The notes under the pieces were generated by a model. It did no database searches, was not told where the DNA came from, and saw only the letters and a list, made by a program, of their open reading frames with translations. Shown in pieces: positions 9,954-19,559 of a stretch of DNA of 64,000 bases. The stretch comes from a virus (lineage: Duplodnaviria > Heunggongvirae > Uroviricota > Caudoviricetes): the IMG/VR virus record IMGVR_UViG_3300035515_000158. One strand, 5' to 3'. Made by a program: the position numbers and the translations under genes. The stretch's first letter is position 1; the number at the start of each line of letters is the position of its first letter.

Positions 9954-10547
9954 TTATTTATCTCCATTTTTCCAAGTTATCTTATCATCAAACCATTCAC
10001 TAAAATCATCAGCATCAGGAGCAAACTCAGGTTCATTTTCCTTCAACCACTCACATTGTTCTATGAATGATTTTTTGATTTCAGATAAGTCAACATCAGG
10101 GGAGTATTTGTGTATATGTTTCAATACATCTAAAATATCATGTCCCCAAACTGAAATATCGGTGTTGTTATAATCAGGCCATTTAGATACGGTTTCTATA
10201 CCATCAATATTAAACACCGGATAATACTTTTCGATTTTATCACCATATGAAATACGTAGTTGACTGTCTTTCATAAAGTGATTTTCTTTTACCCATGTGT
10301 AGAGTAAATCAGTCACACCTTTAGTATTCACGAGGTTTCTATGACAGTAATATCTCTGCACATCACAATATGTTTCAGGAAGGTCATCTTTTGTCATTTT
10401 CGTGTTATACCATCGACCATTCCTGAGTGCTTTCAAATTTGTATATTCATAATCAAGTTTCAATTTATCTTCATATCCGATAACTTTAACTTCATATTCA
10501 TATACATTTGACAATTTTTTAGACAATGAGTTCATAAAGCCAAACAA
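9954..10547 (-). CDS. hypothetical protein
   Basis: Long ORF in operon. Confidence 0.7.
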   Translation of the reverse strand: MFGFMNSLSKKLSNVYEYEVKVIGYEDKLKLDYEYTNLKALRNGRWYNTKMTKDDLPETYCDVQRYYCHRNLVNTKGVTDLLYTWVKENHFMKDSQLRISYGDKIEKYYPVFNIDGIETVSKWPDYNNTDISVWGHDILDVLKHIHKYSPDVDLSEIKKSFIEQCEWLKENEPEFAPDADDFSEWFDDKITWKNGDK

Positions 10548-10758
10548 AAAAATACCAAATTAATATACAAATTGTTCCTACTAAACCGACCACTACCAAG
10601 AAAGCAAATAGAGCTAACAATAGAGGTATCCAAATCCAAAGGGGTAGAGTTACAATCCACCAAGACCAAGTGATAACACCTGCCAATTTTAATATCAACA
10701 TTATTAAGAAAATGGTGAATGAAGTGCCACCACCAAGGTTCAATGTAATTTTTCCCAT
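10519..10758 (-). CDS. small membrane protein, paralog of 2152-2409
   Basis: ITWSWWIVTLPLW motif. Confidence 0.65.
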   Translation of the reverse strand: MGKITLNLGGGTSFTIFLIMLILKLAGVITWSWWIVTLPLWIWIPLLLALFAFLVVVGLVGTICILIWYFFVWLYELIV

Positions 10759-10841
10759 CTTATTTTCTTTTTAATTATTTTCATCTCCGAGTGACCAAAT
10801 AATAACTAAGAAGATAATCAATAAAACTAATAACTTCAACA

Positions 10842-11354
10842 TCAGCTCCACCAATTTTCGTGCTCAGTTCTAATGGTTTCAAAAAACTCTTTTATATCTT
10901 TTTCCTTTTCCAATTCTGCATCTTGACAGGCTTTGATGAACATATCTTTTAATTCATCATTAGGAAAACCAAACTCAAAGATACCTCTTGTTTCCATAAA
11001 TTTTTCAAGTTTTTCTGGATAGTGGGTGTAATCATCTTTAAGTATTCGTTCACCAATTTCAATTACTTTATCAAGACCAGCAAGACAATCACGTTCTTCA
11101 TAATCTTCATCACCGGGTTTTGTTCCTCCCTTTACTGGTTGGTGTCGAAGGTCTACAAAGTCAGCATCAACAACATCTAATTGATACCTCATGTCCTTTA
11201 ACTTCATCACCATCATTTCAAACAGGAAATAATAATCCCAGTCATAGTTATTCCACATTCGGATAAACCATTTTGAACTATTACGTAAACGGTCAATGGT
11301 GTGTCTTACCCAACGAACAGGTGCAAGTTTTTTAATTTTCTTCAATAGTTTCAT
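10842..11354 (-). CDS. hypothetical protein
   Basis: Long ORF in operon. Confidence 0.7.
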   Translation of the reverse strand: MKLLKKIKKLAPVRWVRHTIDRLRNSSKWFIRMWNNYDWDYYFLFEMMVMKLKDMRYQLDVVDADFVDLRHQPVKGGTKPGDEDYEERDCLAGLDKVIEIGERILKDDYTHYPEKLEKFMETRGIFEFGFPNDELKDMFIKACQDAELEKEKDIKEFFETIRTEHENWWS

Positions 11355-11844
11355 TTATTTCTTTCTTAAACAAATAATCTGAATTATCTTCGTCAAATCC
11401 CATGTGTGACCAAAATGAAGTTGCACTGGAATCGAAGGGATCCAATTTAATATCTTTGTAGAATGACTTTGCTGACTTTTCAATATTTCTCAATAAGATT
11501 TTACCCCATTCCATACCTCTACAATCACAAGCAATTTCAAAGACTGAGATAATAAGAGTATACTGTTGAGAATATAAACTCATCGTACATATAATATTAT
11601 CACCTGATTTAATCATATACCAATGATTTTTTGAATACCTTTTATCATTTAAGAATTTACTTGTATCCAAATCAGATGTCCATTCACTATCCTGAGTTTC
11701 TTCAAAACAAATCATAGGAAAGTTGTACGAATAGTCATCTAAGAAAATGTTTTTAACTTCTTCCTGAGTGAGTATTTCAACTTCACAATATTCAGAGTTT
11801 TCAATACCTTCAATCAGGGTTTCTTCAAAGTCATCAAATTTCAT
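11332..11844 (-). CDS. GNAT-family acetyltransferase
   Basis: FEIACDCRGMEWGKILL (motif A-like RGxGxG) and SFWSHMGF (motif B). Confidence 0.7.
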   Translation of the reverse strand: MKFDDFEETLIEGIENSEYCEVEILTQEEVKNIFLDDYSYNFPMICFEETQDSEWTSDLDTSKFLNDKRYSKNHWYMIKSGDNIICTMSLYSQQYTLIISVFEIACDCRGMEWGKILLRNIEKSAKSFYKDIKLDPFDSSATSFWSHMGFDEDNSDYLFKKEINETIEEN

Positions 11845-12215
11845 TACAGTTTGTCTTTAATCTGGTTCCACAAAAGGTCAGTAATCAATTCCAAGTTAGG
11901 TTCGAGTTGTTGATACACGTCGATTTTCCTTTCACGAGGGTCATCACCACTTGGCCAATCACTAACTATGAACTCCCACTCACATTTATATCGGTAAAGA
12001 TAAATGAAATGTGAACGAATAAACTCCATCAAATCTTTTTTAGTCTTAATGGGTTTAGGTTTTAATGTGGATTTGTCATAGATATGGAAATTCTTCTTAG
12101 AGATGGAACCATTTGAATTGAAAATAGAACCATACAAAGAAGGCATAACATCATAACTATCAACTTCTCCATTTGCCCAGTTCTTATACAGGACATTAAA
12201 TTTGAACTTCTTCAT
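11844..12215 (-). CDS. hypothetical protein
   Basis: ORF downstream of a class II motif (12247). Confidence 0.7.
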   Translation of the reverse strand: MKKFKFNVLYKNWANGEVDSYDVMPSLYGSIFNSNGSISKKNFHIYDKSTLKPKPIKTKKDLMEFIRSHFIYLYRYKCEWEFIVSDWPSGDDPRERKIDVYQQLEPNLELITDLLWNQIKDKL

Positions 12216-12309
12216 ATCTATGAAATTTTATATTTTATCTTTACCATAAATATAACAAATAAAATTGCTGATATGTGATAGTTGCCATTTTTTAACATCC
12301 GTCAGCAGA

Positions 12310-12338
12310 ATGAGGTGAGGTTTATATCTCACCTCATT
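12310..12338 (-). terminator. intrinsic terminator
   Basis: ATGAGGTGAG-loop-CTCACCTCAT 10-bp stem. Confidence 0.7.
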
Positions 12339-12344
12339 TAATTT

Positions 12345-12794
12345 TTAGATAAAGTCAAATGTGGTTGCGATAACCTTATTACCCCGGATTAAAAGAAATC
12401 TAAAATCATCATACTTATCAAATATCTCCTGAATTGGTCTCTCATGTCGTTCTAAATCACCACCTTCAGTATATCCTAACTCCTGTAAATATTTCAAAGT
12501 ATCTTTTGTAAATAGTTTGACCTCATCAGTTTTATTATTCAAAGATATTAAACAAATAGGGTCATTCACATCATAAGTTTCTTTTTTACCATTACAGCCG
12601 AATTCACATTTTTTAGGATTAAAGTAAAAAAGACAATCTTCATTTACTGGTTCTGCACTACAACTTATAATGATTTCACTTTCTGTGTCATAAAAATACC
12701 AGTCAAAAATAAGAGTATATCCTAATAGATGATTTGCTTTAAATTCGATGTCTTCTCTCATCTCTTTAATGAAATAAAAAAAATCTTTAACCAT
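12345..12794 (-). CDS. hypothetical protein
   Basis: ORF track. Confidence 0.65.
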   Translation of the reverse strand: MVKDFFYFIKEMREDIEFKANHLLGYTLIFDWYFYDTESEIIISCSAEPVNEDCLFYFNPKKCEFGCNGKKETYDVNDPICLISLNNKTDEVKLFTKDTLKYLQELGYTEGGDLERHERPIQEIFDKYDDFRFLLIRGNKVIATTFDFI

Positions 12795-12801
12795 AATAAA
12801 C

Positions 12802-13140
12802 TTATTTCATAATATCAACAAATTCACTCTCATTAATCTTACCTGAAAGCAATAGTTCGAGATTTAACTTACCCTCATCAACACGTTCAATGTCATGTAG
12901 TAAATCTCTTAATACATCAACTGTACTTTCTTCAAAATTATAAACCGCATCAAAGTTATTACATGAATAATCAGGTGTGGTCAATTTTTTATTACTGAAT
13001 TTGTAAGTACCCATTCTTCTTTCATTAACACAACCAAAGATACAAGCACCATCCAAATAAGATTTACAATTTTTACAAGCTGGTTTATCTGTATTTGATT
13101 TTTCGATGATAAGTTTTAGTTTATCTTTCAAATCTTCCAT
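12802..13140 (-). CDS. hypothetical Cys-motif protein
   Basis: CKNC...C...C pattern. Confidence 0.65.
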   Translation of the reverse strand: MEDLKDKLKLIIEKSNTDKPACKNCKSYLDGACIFGCVNERRMGTYKFSNKKLTTPDYSCNNFDAVYNFEESTVDVLRDLLHDIERVDEGKLNLELLLSGKINESEFVDIMK

Positions 13141-13218
13141 GTCTTTAATATAATTGATATAAGATATTTATGGTTTTGAAATACACATAAATACTTAAAA
13201 TGATAATATTTTCTGAAA

Positions 13219-13755
13219 ATGATACAAATACCTACATTTCAAAGTTTCATCAATGAAGGAATTCTAACGAATTATAGAACTGAAAAAGAAGGTAAAAAAT
13301 TAACATATACTCAGCTCTCAGGCACATTTGATGAACTTATAAAAAAATTACTTGAAGAAAAAATTCCATTCTATTTTGACTGTACATATAAAGAGTTCAC
13401 AAAGATTGGTTATCTAATGAATGAAACTATCAATAATGTTCATTTCAATGGGTATATCTTAGATAACGAAAAAACTTCAGATGCAATCTATAAAGAATTT
13501 AGTGAAAAAATACTTAAAGATGTCATTATAGAAAAACCCGGTAAACTTCATATTGGTAGAAGTAATTTCACTGACTTAACCAAAGCTAATGATCTTGAAA
13601 CTATCACTGTAGTAGTAAAAGCCTTTAAGACATATGCTAAGGATAAAGGACTTTCTTCTAGAGAAATAACAGGTAATAAGTATGAAGTAAATATAAATAT
13701 TGATTTTCTAAGTGAAAAAACTAGGATCAATGATTTAATTGATTATGTATTTTAA
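13219..13755 (+). CDS. late protein, candidate internal head protein
   Basis: CATAAATA at 13186; N-terminus MIQIPTFQSFINEG. Confidence 0.65.
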   Translation: MIQIPTFQSFINEGILTNYRTEKEGKKLTYTQLSGTFDELIKKLLEEKIPFYFDCTYKEFTKIGYLMNETINNVHFNGYILDNEKTSDAIYKEFSEKILKDVIIEKPGKLHIGRSNFTDLTKANDLETITVVVKAFKTYAKDKGLSSREITGNKYEVNINIDFLSEKTRINDLIDYVF

Positions 13756-13810
13756 ATATTATTTATATGATATAACAAACGGTCTACTTTTATAAAAAAA
13801 TCTGGTGAGG

Positions 13811-14614
13811 TTATTCGCCAGATTTTAATTTTTTAAGTATGTCTAACTGGTCATTAGTCAAAGACTTAGGCATCTTAATGATATAATTCATCTTGATTGA
13901 ACCATACCCCTCACTTTTGAATTTGGGGAATCCTTGACCACTGACTATACTATATCCTCCATTTTGTGTGAACTTAGGAACTTTGAATTTTACTTCCTTG
14001 TCAAATATCTCAATAGTTTTCTCAGCACCTAAAATTGCATCTAACCAATCAATGGCATACATTATTTCCAATGTTCCATTATCATCTACCATCATTCTTT
14101 GGTTAGGTATAATTTCAACAGTAACTAATAAATCACCAAAAGATTCACGACCATGAGCATCAATACCTTTCATACCCATTCCTTCAACTCTTAGGGTTTG
14201 GTGATTTCTTACACCTTTAGGAATGTCAATATTTAGGGTTTTTGTTCCAGTCCTAACTTGTCTTTTAGTTCCAAAATAAGCTTCCTCTAATGAAAGAGTT
14301 AGTTGGACATTTATATTAGAAGGTGTCCTCATACCAAAACCACCACCAAAGGGATTGAAACCACCACCAAAGGGATTGAAACCAAAACCACCGGAGTTAA
14401 ATCCCATCTGTGGATTGTCATATTCTTGTCGTTTCTTCTCATCACCAAGAGTAGAATAAGCTTCATTTACCTCTTTGAACTTTTCCTCAGCGGATTTGTC
14501 ACCTTTATTTTTATCCGGGTGATATTTTTTACTTAGGTTGCGGTAAGCCTTCTTAATTTCATCTTGGGTGGCATTTTTTGAAACACCCAATATATCATAA
14601 AAATTCTTAGCCAT
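13811..14614 (-). CDS. dnaJ: DnaJ-class co-chaperone (J domain, G/F region, C-terminal domain, no zinc finger)
   Basis: YDILGV, HPD motif, GGFNPFG repeats, GDLLV. Confidence 0.93.
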   Translation of the reverse strand: MAKNFYDILGVSKNATQDEIKKAYRNLSKKYHPDKNKGDKSAEEKFKEVNEAYSTLGDEKKRQEYDNPQMGFNSGGFGFNPFGGGFNPFGGGFGMRTPSNINVQLTLSLEEAYFGTKRQVRTGTKTLNIDIPKGVRNHQTLRVEGMGMKGIDAHGRESFGDLLVTVEIIPNQRMMVDDNGTLEIMYAIDWLDAILGAEKTIEIFDKEVKFKVPKFTQNGGYSIVSGQGFPKFKSEGYGSIKMNYIIKMPKSLTNDQLDILKKLKSGE

Positions 14615-14693
14615 TTTTATATTCTTACATTTTTACAACCTAAACATAACAAAAATCTGACATAAATATCTTATCAAACAATATTTTAATCTA

Positions 14694-14888
14694 ATGGAGG
14701 ATAATAAAGAAGATTTCATTCTTAAAAAAATTAGACACTTTCAGGGAACAATAGAGGATTATAAAACATATTGGGAAAGAAAAATTGCTGAAGGTGTATC
14801 TGAAGAGTCATCTGAAACTAAATCATTAAAACAGAGAAATGATGACTTAAACCATGCATTTGACATATATCCAGTAGAAAAAGATTAA
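14694..14888 (+). CDS. small late protein
   Basis: CATAAATA at 14661; terminator follows. Confidence 0.6.
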   Translation: MEDNKEDFILKKIRHFQGTIEDYKTYWERKIAEGVSEESSETKSLKQRNDDLNHAFDIYPVEKD

Positions 14889-14923
14889 AGGTTGAGGTTA
14901 AATTCCCCAACCTTTTTATTTTG

Positions 14924-16483
14924 TTAATAATCATAATCTAATAAACTAACCGGAACTTGTGAAATTGAACAAGCGATTTTTCGTGATTCAATAAATGAAG
15001 TTATATTTTGTGTAGTTGTTTCGATTTTTAGACCTGTTGAACCAGAACCACTACCAGAACCACCACTTGAATTTGTGATATTAATAACCTCATTCGTTCC
15101 ATCAATATCAACATCGGTTCTACGATTATAAACTTTTACTATATCAGGTGTTTCTGACATATATATTCTATTCATTCGTTTACCATATCGTGAAGGGTTG
15201 TCATAAGTTAATGTTGCTGTTTTTACTATGGTTGTATTATCATCAGTATTAAGTATTTTTAACGTATCTCTAATTGTAAACTTGAAACATTTACTACCAT
15301 ATATACAAACAGGTCTATAATACATTAGATTATCCAACCCATCTTCATTAATCACTTCTTCATTATCACCACTTTCACTATCAACAGAAATCGCATTGAC
15401 AATATACTGTTCTCGATGTGTGACCTTTGATGTAACCTCATTATTGTATCCCAAATAATGTTCAGTTAGTGTCAATTCATGTAATACTATATATGTACTA
15501 AGGTCTTCATCAAGGTTTCTCATATAGTCTGAAAATGAACCACCACTATTACATTTAACACCTAATGTAAAATACTCACCATCATCAGCCTCCTTTATGT
15601 CAACATATATATCATCATATATATCTTGATTTGGAACTGAAATTGTGTTAATACGTTCAGTCACGTAGTATTCATCATTATTTCGTGTTAGGTCATATCT
15701 AATACCATATACCGAAAAGAATACAGGAGTATTATCTAACAATACATTTTTTTTATTATTATCAAGTAAGTGATATACTAAATCTTTACGGTCATAATCT
15801 TCTTGTAGAGTTTCATCAGTAAAATAATTTAATAAGTCAGATGTACTTAATATTTTAACATCAACATAACGTGTATATACTTTTTGGTTTATTAAGAGTG
15901 GTCTGCTACTTATTTTGACATCTGTGTTTGATTTAGGTAATATAAAAGACATCAGACCTACTTTTTCTTTAGACTTTTTGTAAATATATGATTGGAAAAT
16001 AAGACCATTATAACCATCCATATAATCCTTACCAGTGAAATATATCCTAATTTTATCGAATTTTAGAGTATATTCACTTTCACCATTTACATTTGCATTT
16101 TCACCATGATATGTGGTTTCTGTTTTGTCAGAGTCAGAAAGTTTGGTATCAGTATGTTCTCCCTTAAATGTATCAATACTTATTTTTTGGTTAGACGCTC
16201 CCTTAAATTCATTTTTTTCATTAAATGGTTTAACAAAATAACTCTGTGAACTATTGGTGGGTATTACAAAATTAGCACTGTATAGATTAATATCACTAAC
16301 ATTATTTTGAATAAGAAAATATTTCATAATGGGAGTAACACCAGATATAACTCTCGCGTTTATATCACCATCATATTTGATATTTTCATCTTTATATGTA
16401 TTTGTTTCAATGTTGTAATTATACTCAATTAAAATCTCCGGTGTTAGTTGATAATATCTTGTTGAATATGTAATTTCAGCCAT
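14924..16483 (-). CDS. late (probably structural) protein
   Basis: Late motif at 16509-16516; divergent from baseplate genes. Confidence 0.6.
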   Translation of the reverse strand: MAEITYSTRYYQLTPEILIEYNYNIETNTYKDENIKYDGDINARVISGVTPIMKYFLIQNNVSDINLYSANFVIPTNSSQSYFVKPFNEKNEFKGASNQKISIDTFKGEHTDTKLSDSDKTETTYHGENANVNGESEYTLKFDKIRIYFTGKDYMDGYNGLIFQSYIYKKSKEKVGLMSFILPKSNTDVKISSRPLLINQKVYTRYVDVKILSTSDLLNYFTDETLQEDYDRKDLVYHLLDNNKKNVLLDNTPVFFSVYGIRYDLTRNNDEYYVTERINTISVPNQDIYDDIYVDIKEADDGEYFTLGVKCNSGGSFSDYMRNLDEDLSTYIVLHELTLTEHYLGYNNEVTSKVTHREQYIVNAISVDSESGDNEEVINEDGLDNLMYYRPVCIYGSKCFKFTIRDTLKILNTDDNTTIVKTATLTYDNPSRYGKRMNRIYMSETPDIVKVYNRRTDVDIDGTNEVINITNSSGGSGSGSGSTGLKIETTTQNITSFIESRKIACSISQVPVSLLDYDY

Positions 16484-16508
16484 CTTTTGTAAAATATCTT
16501 CTTTTAGA

Positions 16509-16532
16509 TATTTATGTTTTCTCTCATAAATA
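16509..16532. promoter_or_regulatory. back-to-back late promoters
   Basis: TATTTATG-N8-CATAAATA; T4 late consensus is TATAAATA. Confidence 0.75.
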
Positions 16533-16554
16533 ACTATATAAATTATTTGTGTTC

Positions 16555-18339
16555 ATGGCTACTAATTCTTTTTATAATGAAGCTTGTGAACTTGATTCAA
16601 AGAATACACCTTGGCCATTTAAGGTGACAACGGTTAATTTAGATGGTAAAGATGATGTTAAAAATCAAGTAGGTCTAAATTGGCACGACGCTTCAAATGG
16701 TCAAAAGATGTATGGTCCCCAGTCTATCATGAATGAAAATGTGGCTATCAATTATAGAACCATTTCAAATTCATATGCTGTTCAGAATGGGGATAAGAGT
16801 TTCACTGACTATAATGATTATCTAAAATGTACAACAAGTGAAAGTGTATATAAAGCCTTTCAACATGATAAAAGAAATCCAACGTATCAAAATATCTTAA
16901 AGTATTACAATAATGAGAATTTTGATAAAGAAGGTCTTGCTCGATATAAGATACAAGATTTCCTATATCTAAAATATTTCAATCAGATACCTAACAACTA
17001 TATGATTACTCTAAGAAGATATACTCGACCTTGTGAGGATCATATGTTTGGTTTGGATATGTCGGCGGCTCAAGTTGCTGATATGCATGGATATAGTTCA
17101 TCTTATTTCGCCATAGCCACCGCAGTTACATATTTTGGAGAAAGAACGGGTAATAAATTATCTGACATTCTCAAATTTACATATGGTGCTAATTGGGAGA
17201 ATAAGACAGCTGAGGTTCAATCATTACAAGCTTCTGATGGTGGACTCGCGGCTCAGATGAGAGAACGTGCTGGTGTAAATTCTAATATATTGAATGGAAC
17301 GGCAAGTACATCAGAATTATTTTCATCATCAGGAGTTAAAAGTATGTTCGCTCTTTCTGCTATGTCACAAGGAAAAGGAGTTGATGTGAGTCAAGCCATT
17401 TCAAGTCAACATAGATATGAAGGTAATGAGTTTAGTGCTCGATATGGTGATGAATTTTATGGTGATATTAATGTTGTTCAAGATGTTCAGATGAGAAGTA
17501 GAGGTTTAACTTTCACTAACAACTTTACATTAAATTTTGAATATTCACTTAAATCACTAAAATGTGTGAACCCAAGAGTTGCGATGATAGACATACTTTG
17601 TAATTTTTTAATTCTTACAGGTAACTATGGTACATTCTGGGGTGGTGCGACAATATTTTATGGTAATAGAAACATAGCTCCTCAATTTGGAGATCCTTCA
17701 CTTTTGAGAGCTGGTAAATATGGTGAATATGCCAAGTCACTTTGGAATGATGTAAAAGATGGATTAAATAAGCTGAACGCCGCCGCTGGTAATGATGAAT
17801 CTGCTGGTGTATTGGAAAAGTTATTAGGTATAGGTAAACAGGTTTTGAAAGGTGGATTAACTGCTTTAATAGGTAATATATTTGGTGGAACTGCTGGTGT
17901 TGTTGGTGAATCACAAGTTCCAAAGGCTCTATTGTCAGGTGCTCCTTCAGGTTATTGGCATTTAACAGTAGGTAATCCTCTTGATCCTATTGCGATGATG
18001 GGAAATATGGCTGTAAAAAGTACCACAGTTACATTTAGTGATGTATTAGGATATGATGACTTCCCAACTGAAATCAAATTCTCAGTTGAAATGGAACACT
18101 GTAAACCAAGAGATAATGCAGGTATTGAAACTATGTTTAATGGTGGTAAGGGTAGATTTTATGCCTTTACAAATAAATCTCTTGAAAACTCATACCATTC
18201 TGTTGATATCACTCAAAACTTTAAGAGTGGTGGTAATGCTTCTCAAGAGGCTAATGGTAACGGTGTAACGACAACTACAAATCACTCAGTAACAAGTAAT
18301 GAAAGAATGAAGATTATAGGAGGTAACTTGAATTTCTAA
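16555..18339 (+). CDS. putative baseplate/tail-tube initiator protein
   Basis: Late promoter; C-terminal WHLTVGNP...DDFPTEIKFSVEM resembles contractile-tail tube-initiator proteins; precedes a LysM-like gene. Confidence 0.5.
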   Translation: MATNSFYNEACELDSKNTPWPFKVTTVNLDGKDDVKNQVGLNWHDASNGQKMYGPQSIMNENVAINYRTISNSYAVQNGDKSFTDYNDYLKCTTSESVYKAFQHDKRNPTYQNILKYYNNENFDKEGLARYKIQDFLYLKYFNQIPNNYMITLRRYTRPCEDHMFGLDMSAAQVADMHGYSSSYFAIATAVTYFGERTGNKLSDILKFTYGANWENKTAEVQSLQASDGGLAAQMRERAGVNSNILNGTASTSELFSSSGVKSMFALSAMSQGKGVDVSQAISSQHRYEGNEFSARYGDEFYGDINVVQDVQMRSRGLTFTNNFTLNFEYSLKSLKCVNPRVAMIDILCNFLILTGNYGTFWGGATIFYGNRNIAPQFGDPSLLRAGKYGEYAKSLWNDVKDGLNKLNAAAGNDESAGVLEKLLGIGKQVLKGGLTALIGNIFGGTAGVVGESQVPKALLSGAPSGYWHLTVGNPLDPIAMMGNMAVKSTTVTFSDVLGYDDFPTEIKFSVEMEHCKPRDNAGIETMFNGGKGRFYAFTNKSLENSYHSVDITQNFKSGGNASQEANGNGVTTTTNHSVTSNERMKIIGGNLNF

Positions 18340-18749
18340 TGAAAGACTTATTTTTGAATAAACGAACATACATTAATGGTGATGGGGAAGAAATGATTAA
18401 TATGTGTATTCCCTCACTTAACATGGATAGATTAACTGCAAATACGGTGGCTAAGTTAAATCAGTCACATAATGGTAGAATAGATAATTTTGTGTATCAA
18501 TCAGTATCTAGGGATATTGATGAAGGAATTGATGCTACCTTATATTGTAATCATATATTTAATCCATTTGCAGTTCAGGAGGATGATTTTGTTTATACTC
18601 CTGTTCAAGTAAAAAATCTATATCAAAAACGTAGTGAACCGGAACTACCTGATGGAACATTACATTCAAGTAGTAATAAAGAAACAGAGAAAATGTCATA
18701 CGCCAAAACAGTCGAATACTTAGCTCGATTAGGTTTAGGTGTAGTCTAA
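18339..18749 (+). CDS. baseplate protein, gp53/LysM-like
   Basis: RID...Y...NHIFNPFAV.E..FVYTP pattern; position in baseplate cluster. Confidence 0.55.
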   Translation: MKDLFLNKRTYINGDGEEMINMCIPSLNMDRLTANTVAKLNQSHNGRIDNFVYQSVSRDIDEGIDATLYCNHIFNPFAVQEDDFVYTPVQVKNLYQKRSEPELPDGTLHSSSNKETEKMSYAKTVEYLARLGLGVV

Positions 18750-18756
18750 AAAATTT

Positions 18757-18815
18757 TATACCTTATCTGGTATAAATGTAACGAAAATCATAAAAACTAT
18801 ACCTTAATGGGTATA
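18757..18815. repeat. two TATACC-N6-GGTATA palindromes 41 bp apart
   Basis: 18757-18774 TATACCTTATCTGGTATA and 18798-18815 TATACCTTAATGGGTATA. Confidence 0.85.
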
Positions 18816-18847
18816 AAAAAAGGAGAGGAATTTTAACCTCTCCTTTC
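18815..18847. terminator. bidirectional terminator
   Basis: AAAGGAGAGG-loop-CCTCTCCTTT. Confidence 0.75.
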
Positions 18848-19549
18848 TTATTCATAATATACTAAGTTTGAAAAATCTCCCATTTGTATTTTTTCGATAG
18901 GTGGATCTGTTGTTATTCCACCATTTGTAGTAGCCATGTGGTGATGGTTGTTGAAAATCTCCATCAATCGACTACCTAATATTAATTTTTCAGAAGCATC
19001 ATTTCCAAGTTTAATTTCTCTGCTATCTTTAATATTAATAACTCCTGTTGTTGAAATGTTTATATCATTGTTATTCTTCAATTCAATAACACTTCCTTCT
19101 TTTGATTCAATTTTTAACCCATCATACTTAGTCAATGTGATTTTATGTCCATTACAAGTTATATTTAGACCTTCTTCTGGCAAATAATAGATTTTCATGT
19201 AATCAGATTCACCATCATTGTAATCCTCACTAAATGCGATTACTTTCATTTCTTCACATTGTTCAGCATTGTCTAACATTAACTGTTTAACGGAAGCCTT
19301 AGTTTCTACTTGACCATAATAATTCCACTTATATCCACTACCATCTACATATACTCTGGCACCTACTTGTGGAACTGAATATGTTCCTGTGTTACCACCA
19401 GTAGAAGGAGCAGGTGAAAACCAAGGTAAATCATCATCCAAAATTAGATATTGTCCATTAACCTTTTCGGTATGAACTCCAAAAACTCTTGCTTGTATCC
19501 TATTCTTGAACATAGGATCAAAATTTGAAACACAAATCGCTGTTCTCAT
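18848..19549 (-). CDS. baseplate hub/spike protein with gp5-like OB fold
   Basis: DP..KNRIQARVFG, LPWFSP, VPQVGARVYV; C-terminal NNHHH spike-tip motif. Confidence 0.78.
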   Translation of the reverse strand: MRTAICVSNFDPMFKNRIQARVFGVHTEKVNGQYLILDDDLPWFSPAPSTGGNTGTYSVPQVGARVYVDGSGYKWNYYGQVETKASVKQLMLDNAEQCEEMKVIAFSEDYNDGESDYMKIYYLPEEGLNITCNGHKITLTKYDGLKIESKEGSVIELKNNNDINISTTGVINIKDSREIKLGNDASEKLILGSRLMEIFNNHHHMATTNGGITTDPPIEKIQMGDFSNLVYYE

Positions 19550-19559
19550 ATCTTCTATT

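Noticed and set aside
14340-14390. 21-bp tandem duplication
   Set aside because: Encodes the ordinary G/F-rich linker of DnaJ
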